DNA of 64,000 nt from Tubiluchus corallicola (taxonomy: Eukaryota; Animalia; Priapulida): the NCBI GenBank assembly GCA_030141605.1, contig JAQGDQ010000174.1, forward strand, positions 62,001 to 126,000, read 5' to 3'. The notes under the pieces were generated by a model. That model was not told the origin of the DNA and did no database searches. It worked only from the letters and a program-made list of their open reading frames with translations. This document shows, piece after piece, positions 37,351 to 50,800 of this stretch (positions within the stretch are counted from its first letter, which is position 1; every line of letters starts with the position of its first letter). The translations under genes were made by a program, and so were the position numbers.

Positions 37351-38254
37351 ACCTATGCTTCCAAAACGTTCACTAGAATTGCACTCTTGGGATCTGCTTC
37401 AGTACATGACTTACGAAAATTGTAGTGTTTGTTCAAGACATCACTATGACCCACTCTCAGAAGATATCAAGGGGATTAAAAGCAATCACGCTCCTGTCTT
37501 TATTTAAACCGTTAAACACAGGTTTATTACTTCAAAGGCGTCTGCAAAGTTTGTAAATATTCTTATAGGAGCTATTAAGACAAGTAATGCACAAAATAAA
37601 GTTTGATTTACTTTATTAAATGTCTCTGTAATCAAATCTTATTTTTATGTTTTTTGACACTTTCTTAACAATTAATTTCTGAGATTCTAGCTTGTTTTAT
37701 GTTTGTAAATTTGGCTAACAAAAGAAACTTATACAACTGCAAAGCAGTTTTTTTATCATGCTGATAATTTTACTTTATTTGAGTAACTATGGTCTAACTA
37801 TTTTAAGTTTCAGAAGAAGAAAGTGACAAAAGAAAATTGGTTGTTTCCTCGATCACAAGGCCACGATACTGATCTGCTTCGTTTTGGCCCTAAACAGCAT
37901 TTTATTCGCAACTAGTTGAGCAATAAAATTACTGGAAAAACAGCCTCTAAACACTTATGTACAGCTTATACATGAAAAACGTGTAGTCCCTTTAGCAAGT
38001 CACTTTAAATTACTAAGTACATTGAGTTCCAACTAAGGTAATAACTTGTACTGTACTCTACTGATAAGCAAATTTGGGCAACGTTCAGTGCACATGTCAA
38101 CAGTCACAGCGATTCCAGTGGGTACTTTCTGACTGACCGAAAACCTAGTTGCAAGAGACTACTCGTATGTATGCGTAGTTGAGTTTAAAAATTGTCTACT
38201 CTCTATGGATCTCTTCAATGATTTTCCTGCTGTGAACCTGGATGCTTGTTGTTT

Positions 38255-38600
38255 CTATTCACTTGACTGTTTAATGCTGATAAGATGGCTGCCATACTAT
38301 TCACTTGACTCTTTAATGCTGATAAGATGGCTGCCATACTATTCACTTGACTCTTTAATGCTGATATGACGGCTGCCATACTAAAATACGAAAGAGTCAG
38401 AAGGTATTTAAAAGAGTCTTTCAAATTAAGCAATCGCTAGTCTCGTATTTATTTTACTTGCTTTGGCTCTTTCTTATGGATCTGGCATTAGAAAAGCAGG
38501 AGAGAGGGCTGAAAGGCCTTTAAAGGAGTCTTCCAGATTAAGCAATCGCTAGTCTCCTATTTATTTCACTTGCTCTCTCTCCTTCTGCTGGATCTGGTGT
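38255..38600. repeat. 42-bp tandem repeat x3 followed by a ~110-bp direct duplication
   Basis: CTATTCACTTGACTSTTTAATGCTGATAAGATGGCTGCCATA x3; ATTAAGCAATCGCTAGTCTC.TATTTATTT x2. Confidence 0.9.
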
Positions 38601-39437
38601 TGTGCTGAAAGAAGAAGCCATTCAAACACATTCTCATTAATCTTTTGGTCGAACAGAAATTCCGTTACAACTAGAGAACATTCAATAAAGAATCACAAGT
38701 ACGCTCCTTCACTACGGAAAAAAATTATTTTGTGACTGACCTGCGTGTTGTTACATGCTTGGTAACACTGCCATAGAATATTTAAGCAACATGACTCCAA
38801 ACCTACTTGGCTGAATCACAATTTTTATCTCATCTCCTTGACCTTTATACCTTTGAACCTTTAACCAAAAATCACCGAATTGCCACATCTTCTCCACGCC
38901 AAGTGTGGTGATCATAGTTTTTCTGTTTTGAACTATTTCTATTCTTTTAATTTTTGTACAGAATTTCCATAATTTCTTGTGTTTATTACTGTATCGTTAA
39001 ACCGCGCTAAATTTATTCGTAATTTTTTTTTTGCAATTTTGTTCTCAGATTTCAGTAATAGATTGCATTTTGCTAAATTAAATCCACTTACTGTACTCAA
39101 TTTTGAATACACGGCGTTTTCAGTTTAAGTATGGCGTCGCATCTGCGATAGACAAACAAACTCGGCGATAAAACGCTTTTAATATTCTACTTGGTTGTCT
39201 CTTGGAGAAGCCGTGCGTGACTCCTGCACTCCATCACTAATTGCCTCTTGAGTGGCATCCACTCTTGATATAAATGAGTCTATGAACTCTGATGATCATA
39301 CACAGATGAACAGTGAGGATTTTCAACCAGTTCTGGGTCATTTGTCAGACATTTGTTCCAACCACTGCACGTCGCAAATTTAATGATCCGTTCACTTCTA
39401 AGTTTGTCAAATCAGCCAGTTCTTTCGTCACAAACAG

Positions 39438-39652
39438 TAGGGTGTGCCCTATTTCCGGGCCTGAAAATCCTAAAATTGTTGTCTTGGCAACCGGGTCCAT
39501 TCGTAGGAAAAAACTAATGTGAAATTCGAATTCAGCACAACGAAATTTCTAGAACTTTCAGGTTTATGCAGCCAGTACTGGGGTGTACCCTGGATCTGGA
39601 CCGAAAACACCCTAAAATGCCCAACAAAGAAAAAAAATAAAGGATCAACCCT
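39438..39652. mobile_element. Possible small MITE
   Basis: Imperfect TIRs TAGGGTGTGCCCTATTT / AAATAAAGGATCAACCCTA. Confidence 0.35.
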
Positions 39653-42600
39653 ATAAATAAATTCTCCGCTTTTTGCCACGGAATCAACTTTCAAAGTTTG
39701 GTCCCTAATCTATTTTTTAGAATTTGCAGCTGTATATATTTTTACCTAGGCGGCAATTGTGAGTTACGACATCATCAAATTTTGACATTTTTAAGACAGT
39801 TTCCACCACTTGGATTTTTTCAGATTTTTCAAATGCTATTAAAAGGCTATTCATGAGACTAATTCAATTGATAATATTTCTGTTGCAATTAGTAAGAGGT
39901 CTTGTTGTATATTTACTGGACTATACCTATGCTTATATGAGCATTATCTTTGAGCATAACTAGAAGTTTTGGAGAAACTAGAGAAACACGTTACACAAAT
40001 CACAGCATCATACTTGATCTTAAGGGTTGAGCATTATGTACAAAAATAGAATGTACAATATATAATTTCTCATGTACAGTACATGTAAAATTTTGACGTA
40101 CGATTTCACTGATAACGCGTAATCTCGCACACGCACTGACAAGTCACATTTACTTGACTAATCTTGCAATTTTCGTTTGCTAACCTTCACTACGCTAGTT
40201 TGATTAATACAGAAATTTTGTTAAAAATGGTTTCGGGAATAAACTTCGCCGATATAAATGTCTAAAATTTATATTGCGAATAATCTGAGAACGAACAAAA
40301 TTGTTGATAGCACCTTAATTGTTAGTTTGAAAAAACTTTGTCTGACAGACACGAGCTACCTTTTCAAGGTGATCATTGTTTAATAATTAAAATTCAAGGT
40401 TGTTTCTCATAGTCTAATATTAACCGAGTGTCAGTAAGATTGGCCACAAAATGACGCAAAGAAATTATTTTTACACGATTTATTAGAAATATATGAACTT
40501 TTCAGATGTGTAACCTGTTAGTCTGTCACATTCTTGTCTCATTAATAAGCGCGAGGGTTAATAAATAAAGCTCATTAATAAAAGTTTTTAAATGTCCTTG
40601 ATAATTGTTAAAAATCCTAGATATGCGTATTTAGTAATAATAACCATATGCAGTGAGTAATAAGCTGGCGTTTCTTCACGTTTCCAATTGAGTCCGTAAG
40701 AGACGGGCTATTACGTGGAATGTGCGCGCATAATTGAGGAATAATTGATGGATTGAACCAGGGACTACTGAATACTCCAAAGCGGGACGGAGCGTTAGGC
40801 ACTGTGTGCAAAGAAATGTGGAGGCGTACGAAAGTTTACAATTTTGTCTCCACAGTCGTCAGCAGAGGTTGTTTGATTTTTGGATATTTAGGAAAATATC
40901 AGTGAAATTATGGCTATTTTATATAAAAAGTTCGGCGATGCCTCGAAAGTATAGCATTGGTTAACTACGTCTCTGAAACATGACACGAGTAAGATGAGAT
41001 TTCATAATGGGTATTTAAAATAAAATTTTAACGCCGAGTAGGCTAATTGAAAGCTTAAACTAATGAGTAAATGTAAAACCCGCATCTGAAACTGTCACCA
41101 ATTCTGAGCAAATATAGTTATGGTACGTCATTTTATGTTCAAAGCCTGGAAGAGTTATAGCAAAACATCGTGGCTGATACTTACAGGCACCCCACCAGGA
41201 CCACTGACTACTAATAAAGCATTTCTGGAAAAAATTGTTTGTGACGAAATAAATTCCCCTGGATACTTCAAAACTTACAATAGGCCAAATGAGCAGGAAC
41301 TCTGAAAAACTATTTGAATATTACAAACATATTCAATTGCTAATTATCGTCTTTCTTTAGTGCTATCAACCTGGAGGCGCTAAGTGAGTTTTCGTGGAAA
41401 TTGTCAGGCGTGCTGCTCCTACATAATAAACTTTGTCAGTGGACTTGACTAGAGTTGCCGCGTACAACCCCCTCCCAAGGTACGCCATTGTACCCCGCAT
41501 CACTGTGAAGAAATGTTGAAGCTGTTTCAGTGAACTTCACTGAAGATTTAGTTTAATTTGTCTTCACTTTAGTTTCATTTGTCTTCACGGTGCAATGATT
41601 TATAATCAAATTAGTTAAATAATTAGTACGATTGCCATTCTGGCATTTGTTGAGACAAAATTCGCAAAGTTAATGATTTTTCCACCTTTTTCTTATGACT
41701 TATTTATAATACCTGCTCGTAATTGCATGATTTACCTGTACAAACTTTCTATCAGAGCAAATTTGTTTACAAAAGTAAAGGTTGCAAGTTTAATTAGGCA
41801 ACTGTATACGTGATTTTTCCACTCTAATTAAATGACTTACTTGTAACACCTGTAGCCTTGTCTACCTGTAAAAAGTTGTCATTCTAAGCATGTTTACTTG
41901 CTTACCAGTTTTTTCATTTCATGTCTTAGCAGCACCAAGTGCATTCTGAAAAGGTTTGCGTACGTGCCGTTTTTGTTTGGCTTCACAATGACTTACTTAC
42001 CTGTAATACCTGTAATTAGCCCAATTAAGCCCAGCGGGCCTTCATTAATTCAATAATTCTTATCTTAACCCAGTCCTAAGTTGGCAGTAACCTACTTCAT
42101 GTCTAAATAGCACATTTTAACCTGCTACGATTTCTACTCATGATACATGTCATTTACCTGTATATATCTCGCATTTTCTGTTTAATTGCTTTTCATCCAT
42201 ATCTAGTTTACCTCAATAATGATGTAAGTCTTGCTTTTAAAGTTTAAGTTTTTCATCAGCCAAACACTGAGACGTTTTAAATGTCAGTTCACATGCGAGC
42301 ATTAATTAATTACTGTACCTGTGTTTTACCTTATGTCATTAATGAAATACCTTTTGAACTGCTGCTGCAACTATCGCAGTAAACCAACTTTTTGTAGTTT
42401 ATTATCAGAAAAAAAGATACATCGAAGTTTTAAATTTTGTCTTATAACGTGCATCGTATTTGAATTTAGTTAGCCAATGTACGTAGCTGTATTAATGGGT
42501 TAATGGATAATTTAATTAGCAAAATAAGAAAAGTGAAGTACTTCCACTTCTAAATTTAACCGAAACTATGACTCCTCTTAATAGCGTTATAGGACAGCAT

Positions 42601-44964
42601 TACATGTCTGGTGATTACTTCATGGCTTTCAGAAAACCGACCTCCGTTTTTTACACGTAATGACCAGTGCTTCGTTTTCTTATGCACAGTGGATTCATTA
42701 GAATGGAGTAATTGAGGCAACAATCGGCTTTGCGAAATAACTAGCTTACATTTATCCAATGTCTTTTTTTTCTAATGTTGTTATTAAATACTGTCAGTAT
42801 AATTTTTGGCCTCTGTTAAGGAGCGCTTTTTAGCCGGGACAAATGTAGCCTCTTTTCTGAATGTTTCATCCGGGCGATATGCATGTGTACATCGAGAAAT
42901 ATCAAAATTACAATCCCGTATTAATTTCATTAGTAACTAAGCTTCAGTGGCAAACATTAATATCTAAAATAAGGTATAATTATAATAAATTTATACATTA
43001 TGAGGATGATAGATTCCTATTACTTGAAAGTAAATTTCAAATATATATTACTAGTTTTACGTGTTAAATTACAGCTCAGTAGTACACGTTTTTCTACCTC
43101 GCCGCTTGTACATTTTTCTGTTTTGGCAAGTGGCTTTCAAACAAAAATACAAACTGTCACGTTTCTAGGCTGCAGATTGGCTACACAGCTATTCAGAGTT
43201 TGAACTAAAACAATACTGGTCGTAATAACAATAAAAAAACCTATTATTTAATAATATGCGTGTTTTATTTACTGTTTTATCTACGGAAATATAGTGTACT
43301 ACGGGTACTAATTTTTTTTCGAGTTCGTGCAGTCTGACAAAGCTTATGCTCGGTACCGCCTCCCCGGTGTTAGTCTAAACGTTTTATAATTATTTTGAAA
43401 ATCATAAATCATAACTTCACTGACCACAAGTCGCTGGATTAAATACTACGCATTTATCTTGCTGAAAAATATAAGGAATATTAATGATATTAATTGTAAA
43501 TTTGGTGTTATGCTTCCTATTAACATATGTACCACTCACAACAAGTTATCAGCTAGAAGCAAAAACAGACAACTGTTGACCAAGAATAGAATCTACAACT
43601 ATTTTTCACTGGGCTTACAAACATACGACAGTACTGGCACCTAGTGGGGGTGAGTGTTTCCTGAAAACGATAAGACTAGTTATTTACGTTGATTTCAGGT
43701 TCAGGGAAAACAGCGGTTGTAAAATTACAGCCGCAGGCAACATCGTTGCCGCTATAACCTTCTCCAGCGACAATCGCCGCCGACCGTGCCCTGTCTGACC
43801 TGCTTAAATTAAGTTCATAAAAAATGACAACTACAAAGTGGTAATTTGTAACATGTAAACCTTGCCAGGCTTCCAAAACATGGAAAACCACAGTGCTAGC
43901 CAACAGATGGCGACACATTGCGCATACTGCCAACCATGCTCAAACGACGTTTTTGAGGCAGACATGATGATGCTTATTCCTAGGATATAGATGTGGTTAC
44001 CTCGTTATATCAGACTGAAAGGGTTAACACACTACATTCCACCGGAGTGGGTGATCTACAGGGAAAAGCAATTTTTACAGTTACATCGTCTTTGCCAGGT
44101 TTTTGTTTTGATTTGGCCTGGCCAATCTTTTTCTTTTTAAAGGACATGTTATTAGTAACAGTTCGAATAAATGGACACAAGTGCGCACATACCCACTGAC
44201 TAACTGACTGACTAACCGACTGTGTAACTACCCATGATTTAGCTAGTTTGTGTGTTGGTTGGTTTGTTAATTAGTTAGTTAAGGCTTCATCCAATTACCC
44301 CAGTTTAATGCAAAGAGTCCGTTCTCTTCAACAATGGAACTAACTATTACTAGTTTTCTTCCTTGTCAAAAGATGGCAGCATGTTGTAGTAACTGATACA
44401 TAATCGTGAAAAGCAATTGGGTAGTAAAACTGTGTGTATAGGCTTCTAGCTCACCTTGACCCGTGCTGACTTGATGAATCAATAGTAATATTGCCAACAC
44501 CTTTATTGTTTACCCACAAAATAAGGTTAACGACATTAAATGTTTAACAGAACCACAAAAAACTTTGCAAAAGTAAGCCTACATCGAGCAAAGTTCAAAA
44601 TTGTTAGGATGGTAATCTGTTTTGTAAATCTACACTGTACATACCGACCATTTTTGCTTATTTAAAATATTCAAATAATGTGCATGTCTCAATGTCGCGT
44701 CTTAATTTTTATCCTCACTTCAGTTTAGTTCAGTAATGCTGAATTCATAAAATATCTGACTATGTAATATAATACGGGGCATTAATTTTAATCCTGTTTG
44801 AAATATTGAAGAAGACGTTCCACTTTGGATTGGGTTAAAAGAGTTCAGAATTTTACTAAGAATGTACAGCTACAAAATGTCCGTATGCTGCTCCTAAGTG
44901 ACGATATAAAGATTACGAAATGTCAGACAGTAATACTCTGACGTCAAGTTGTCAGTCTGACTAA

Positions 44965-45080
44965 ATGTCTAATGGATAACGCGTCTGCCTTCCACTCTTT
45001 TCGTCTGGTAGGTCGTGAGTTCGAAACTGCAGCCTGGTCATACTAATGACTTTAAAAATGTTACCCTGCTTGATGCATGT
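44965..45080 (+). mobile_element. tRNA-derived SINE remnant
   Basis: A-box-like TAATGG and B box GAGTTCGAAAC, followed by the GGTCATACTAATGACTTTAAAAATG core I recall from other animal SINEs. Confidence 0.55.
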
Positions 45081-45297
45081 TATGTAGATTGTAGATTGTT
45101 ATTTATAGCCAACAGTAAGAGGTGCTTGCAAACTCGTGTTAACTGTTAGCCCTAGTGTTCGATTTGAAATAAAAATAATTCCCTCAAAATTACATTTTTT
45201 ACTAATACAATTCGTACATAGTAATTGCTGAGAGTTCTTCCTTTATAAACAGTAAGGAAACCTAATACTTGCATCTTGTTGCTGAATGCTTTAATTG

Positions 45298-45710
45298 TTA
45301 AAGCACAAGAAAACCCTCCATTTACATCAAGCTTAAAAAAATCGTCTTGAAGTTTCATACCACTTACATATGCCTTTTTGCATACAGTTCTTGCGTTTGT
45401 AGTAACGTTGTATAAAACATTTAAATTTAAAGTCCCGCGATGAACGTTATAAGCAGCCATTTTGACGATAAGTCATTTGAAACAAGTTTAGATAACACTG
45501 AGTAAGGTTTAGATAACAATGAACATTCGTAGCGCATACCTCACTAAACAAAACTTAAAATTACTGCATCTTATCAGTAATACGTTTTTTGGTTATTGAG
45601 TGGTGTACCTTGGAGGTGAATCAAAGATATTTTACCAATTGGTGAAAACATTTTAAATAATTAATAATTTTCTTTTCTAGTTACATAAGTCTTTCAAGGA
45701 GGTAAGCGAA
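45298..45710 (+). mobile_element. Kolobok-like non-autonomous element, copy 2 (3'-truncated)
   Basis: Starts TTAAAGCACAAGAAAACCCTCCA; aligns with 27961-28260. Confidence 0.8.
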
Positions 45711-45783
45711 ATTTGTTCTTTCTTGCACGCGTTACGCCACGCAGGCTTATTTAGTAAAACATATTTACGAAAAGTTACATCTA

Positions 45784-46362
45784 CACAAGGTCAATGTGAG
45801 AGTTTCTCCTGTGTAGCATGATGTCAACGTCAAGATGAAAGTTTCTTCTGTGTAACATGATGTCAAGGACCAGGTGAACGTTTCTCCTGTGCAACATGAT
45901 ATCAAAGCCAATGTGAAGGTTTTTGCTGTGGAACATGATGTCAAGGTAAAGGTGAAGGTTTCTCCAGTGCAGCATGATGTCAAAGCCAATGTGAAGGTTC
46001 TTCCTGTGGAACATGATGTCAAGGTAAAGGTGAAGGTTTCTCCTATGTAGCATGATGTCAAGGTAAAGGTGAAGGTTTCTCCTGTGTAGCATGATGTCAA
46101 GGTAAAAGTGAAAATTTCTTCTGTGTAACATGATGTTAAGGTCAAGATGAAAGTTTCTTCTGTGTAACATGATGTCAAAGTAAAGGTGAAGGTTTCTCCT
46201 GTGCAGCATGATGTCAAAGCCAATGTGAAGGTTCTTCCTGTGGAACATGATGTCAAGGTAAGGGTGAAGGTTCCTCCTGTGCAACATGATATCAAGACCA
46301 ATGTGAAGGTTCTTCCTGTGTCCTGTGGAACATGATGTCAAGGTGAATGTTTCTCCTGTGTA
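45784..46362. repeat. 39-bp minisatellite, ~15 copies
   Basis: Consensus CATGATGTCAAGGTAAAGGTGAAGGTTTCTCCTGTGNAR; accounts for both long minus-strand ORFs. Confidence 0.95.
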
Positions 46363-46534
46363 TTATTAGGTGTCGTAGTAATATCAAAATGTAGATCAAG
46401 AAATTGTGAAACCGCTATTGAGCTAGCGTAATGGTTTTTTAAAGGTGTTCACATAAATATGCAAAGAATCGAAAACATTATCAGCGAATGCCTGAAAGTG
46501 GGGAAGAAAATTACTACAAAATGTTCATTATACG

Positions 46535-46790
46535 TACGCTATGTATTTAAATTGCATAAAAACTTTTCTAGGCCTACATTAAATGTAATTCAATTTCTCT
46601 TTGCAAACCGTGTTGTAGGCCGAAATATTTGGAATTCATTGCCAAGCTGAATTTTACTTCATTACTTTACCAAACTTTTGTCATTTTATATCGTGACCTA
46701 GCATTTATTTTATGTGTTATAGTTGAGTTTTAAAATTTGCGGAGCATGTAAATAATGTAAGTTTTAGAACGAATAATAAATAAATAAATA
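46535..46790 (+). mobile_element. CR1-type LINE 3' end remnant
   Basis: FKLHKNFSR...FLFANRVV..IWNSLP terminal motif, then a short UTR ending in (AAAT)n. Confidence 0.7.
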
Positions 46791-47584
46791 GTTTTCTGTA
46801 CGTGAAGTCACTAAATTATATTTAGTTTCGTATAATGTCGGGCTGCAAAAGTCTAAATAGTTAGTGTAGATGGAGATATAAACTCTGAGCTTAACTCTCT
46901 TACACACCAGTGGCATTAGTGGCTCTCCTACTAATTACATTAAACTTGCAATAACCAAAGAATGGGAATTTCTTGACAAATTGCACTTTTCATGAAAACA
47001 TCGGGGGTAGGAAATATGCGAGTTAACCTACTCTTTCTCGAAAATAGGAATTGTACATTGAATGTAACGCTCAAGTACGCGTGTTACAAAATTTGCAAAT
47101 AAATGTGTTTCTTTGTCGCCTGGAGTAACAATACTCAACGCCTGATTTGGGAAGTTGGTAATTCATGCCTGGATTCGCCCCGGTGGATTCTCTCCACGCG
47201 CAATGCTGCTAATTGAATAATACGAGTGAAGAGCGGCTGGCGACTGAATTCTTCTACTTAGGGCACTGGTAATTAATCAAATTTGCAGAAAGTGGGCCAG
47301 TACGTCTCTCCACAGTAGCGTCTTCGAGTCGAATGGGTGCTCAAGCATAATGAACTTGTTAATAGCGGTCTCTGCCCGTGTTTAGTCGTATTAGTGCAGT
47401 CAGATACTGAGAATAACTGCATCTTCTCCTGGAATAACTAAATCTGAACTCTAGTTCATTTTCTGTAAGAAACCCAATGGTAGGCTTTGCTTTAATTATT
47501 AAAACGTGGAATGTTATAAAATAAAATAATGTATTCAACTGTCACGTAGCACAAGTATTGTACCAGAAAGCTGTTTTGTGGGAT

Positions 47585-47750
<166 letters not shown>

Positions 47751-47756
47751 GACAGT

Positions 47757-47794
47757 ACTGTTATAATATGTAATATGTTTTAATAAAATAATTA

Positions 47795-47827
<33 letters not shown>

Positions 47828-47863
47828 ATTATTTTATTTAAACATGTTACATATTATAACAGT
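47757..47863. repeat. AT-rich inverted repeat (36-bp arms, (TA)n spacer)
   Basis: ACTGTTATAATATGTAATATGTTTTAATAAAATAAT matches the reverse complement of the right arm with 2 mismatches. Confidence 0.9.
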
Positions 47864-50800
47864 ATAATTCATAAATATTTGCAGTAATAATTTGCAAGAA
47901 CATTTACACAGTTTATTAAAATGCAATACAAAATTTGACGAATTCCTTTGGAAGAAAAAGTTTGTAGGTGAGCAAAGCTAAAAAGCAAATGCATCTCGAT
48001 TGTTAATATCACAGTGATTAAAATTAGAAACGTTTTACATGATAAATACCCTATTCACTCCAAGTGTTGTACAAGTGAGGTTTATATTTAAAAGAGACAG
48101 TGTCTTTAAGCACATTTTTGACCGATTTATGCATTTCAGCAGTTTAAATATTCTTTTGGCTATTAAAACTTCAAAGGAGAAAGTTTCAATAATCACAGCT
48201 CACCGCTCAATCCCACAACAAAAAGTTCGCAGCTACAATGAAATCGCGCATAAAGCTTAATACATCTGGCGACTTACGTGTAAGTTGGTTACAATTGTAC
48301 AAGTGTAAGATTATGTGCAAGTTGTTGTAGCCTTCTTGATATTGATCAGTGCAGCATTCTTAATCATTTAAGACAAAATGTGTGTGGATGGAGTTTTGCT
48401 AAAAACAAAATTCCTATGCCAAACACAAGTGGCTGAGAATGTAGTCAATAATATTGTCTTCTGCTGATTTAGTAGTCTAGAGTATCTTTTCTCAATCCTT
48501 TTCTAGAAGCCGTACGCCATATCAAACCAATGCCGTCATTTTAACTCATTTTGAAAAGTCCCCATGATTAGTTTTACACACTTTCCTATATTTTGCTTCT
48601 AACGGCACTAAGTTCTACGCTAACGCAACACCTGGTCCAGCCTATTTAATTCTAAAATGCACAACGGCGCAGCGTACCGAGTGCAATCCCCAGTGAACAG
48701 TGAAGCACGAACATTCCTTGTAGTTCTAAAACTTGGCTACGACAATATATATTCGAAAAATCGAAATTGAAGTATTTTAGTGTGTTACAAAGACGAATTT
48801 ATGAAATGCTTCCGAGCTGTCGAGTCTCTGTATTAAAGAATCATTGAGAAGTACGTTTGCATTACGCTTAACTACTGAAAAGTCAGTCTAACAAATTAGA
48901 TTCTGATTTATTTCTCACAAAAAGCAACCTATATTCAATGATAGGTAACAATAATAACAAATTGACATGTTAAAACAACTAATTGCTTACTATAAAATGC
49001 TTCATTGTGTTGCTGAAAAACATCTTTTAAACACAACATTGATAGTGAGAAAAGGTTAGGCAAGACAAGGCAGGGTACAAAATTAGGGTGTGCATAGAGA
49101 AGAATGCGATTAGAGGTGCAGGTTAGTCAACGGACTCACTTATAATTTTACATTATTAGTATTTATTACAAAATTACTGAAAATTTCAACACATAATGTA
49201 GCTAAGTTACAATTATTCATGATTCTCGATACACATTCAATAATTAATGTTTTCAGTGATCACACAATTACTTTAAAAGCTTTAAATTTGATAAGTCGAA
49301 CGAACTTCAATGGTCAATTATGTTAACAACTTACTGTTATCAGCAAAAAATTGCACGTAAATACGACACGTATGTCTACAATTTTAACATGACATTTTAC
49401 GTTATCGGGAGCTTAAAAAAATATTTTTTATTTTGTCGTTAAACCAGTGTCAAAATATCCTCAACCACTGTGCCAAAACTGATTTACGACTGTAAAATCG
49501 TCACCAAAATACCTGTTTATTAGGTGACATATTAATGTGTCAGACAAAGTAATTCTTAGCCAACGACATGCCAAATTTCACATGTACATGTCTGGAGTTG
49601 CAAAGTTTCTTGTGGGGTGAGCTGGAAGACGGTTGCGAGACGCATCTCCGGTTTGCCAGCCGAAGACAATGTCTACAGTACGGCCGGAGTCATTAGCATG
49701 GCCAGAACACGGAAAGCAGAGCGTTTTGTACACTTTACTATCCCGCCTTCAGTTCGCAACCCCCCGTGGTATTAGTCAAAGCTGTGAAGGCGGGTGGACA
49801 TTGTCTCCCATTCAAGTGGTCCTAGATCAGGTATTGTGCGCAGCCCCAGTGGCGATCCTCTCCTCATTAACAATTAGCGCCAAGACCCAGCGAACGTGTA
49901 AAACAAGGGCTGTGTGGTTTGTAGACGATGTGCAGCTCACCTCTGCTTGCAACGGGTGTCTCGTGAGTTAAATGATTGATAGTCAAGAATCTTCGGCTCG
50001 TGATCATAGTTTATGTGATACACGTCCTTACTTTTGCGCAGCATAATGACTTTTTCTCGTTTCTGTCATACTTGATAGAAATACGAGCGTAAGGCATCTC
50101 CATTTTACTTATGTGCAGCGACCAAGTTGGAAAATATTGCCGTGTAGCTTATAAATATTTAAAGACAGCAGTAAAGTGTCTAGATGCAGAAAAGTTGGAT
50201 TAATACAAACACTAATAATCAGTAACCCAGTCATGTGTTTAGGTAAGTATGTGTACATGCACTTTCACTTATGATGTAATATAGTAAATAACTACCTAAG
50301 CCTGTGAATTAGTACACATGCATTGCCCAGTAATCAGTATGATCCGGCCAGGGAAAGTGTTAATTTGCACCTTAGCATGATAAAAACTGATACCTGAAAC
50401 TGCTATAGATATTATTGTTTATAGTTTTTGCTATGTTTGGACCTGCGAATGAGGCTATTTAATGGATACTGTTTAGGATGTACTTTCGTAACTAAACGCA
50501 GTTTTGTTCATGAAATTTGAATTTTCAGTCAAGATTTATCTGCCTGTGATAACTTTACAATCATGTTTATAAGCGCTAACAAGTATAAGAAAAGAAACAT
50601 GCAAAACGTGGACGTCAACAGAGTAAAATTTGTGTACACACAATATGATGGTTACTTCACTAACACGAATTCTTAATAGCGCATGACCATAATAGAATTG
50701 CTGTTAATCGGTTAATATTCCCTTGCTCATTATAAGAATATTTGTTTTGTTGCTTTTTTAATTATTTTTGATTGATGGCGTTGTTAAAGGTAAAGAGACC

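Noticed and set aside
45784-46362. CRISPR-like array
   Set aside because: Units are homologous along their whole length with no unique spacers; animal context and no cas genes.
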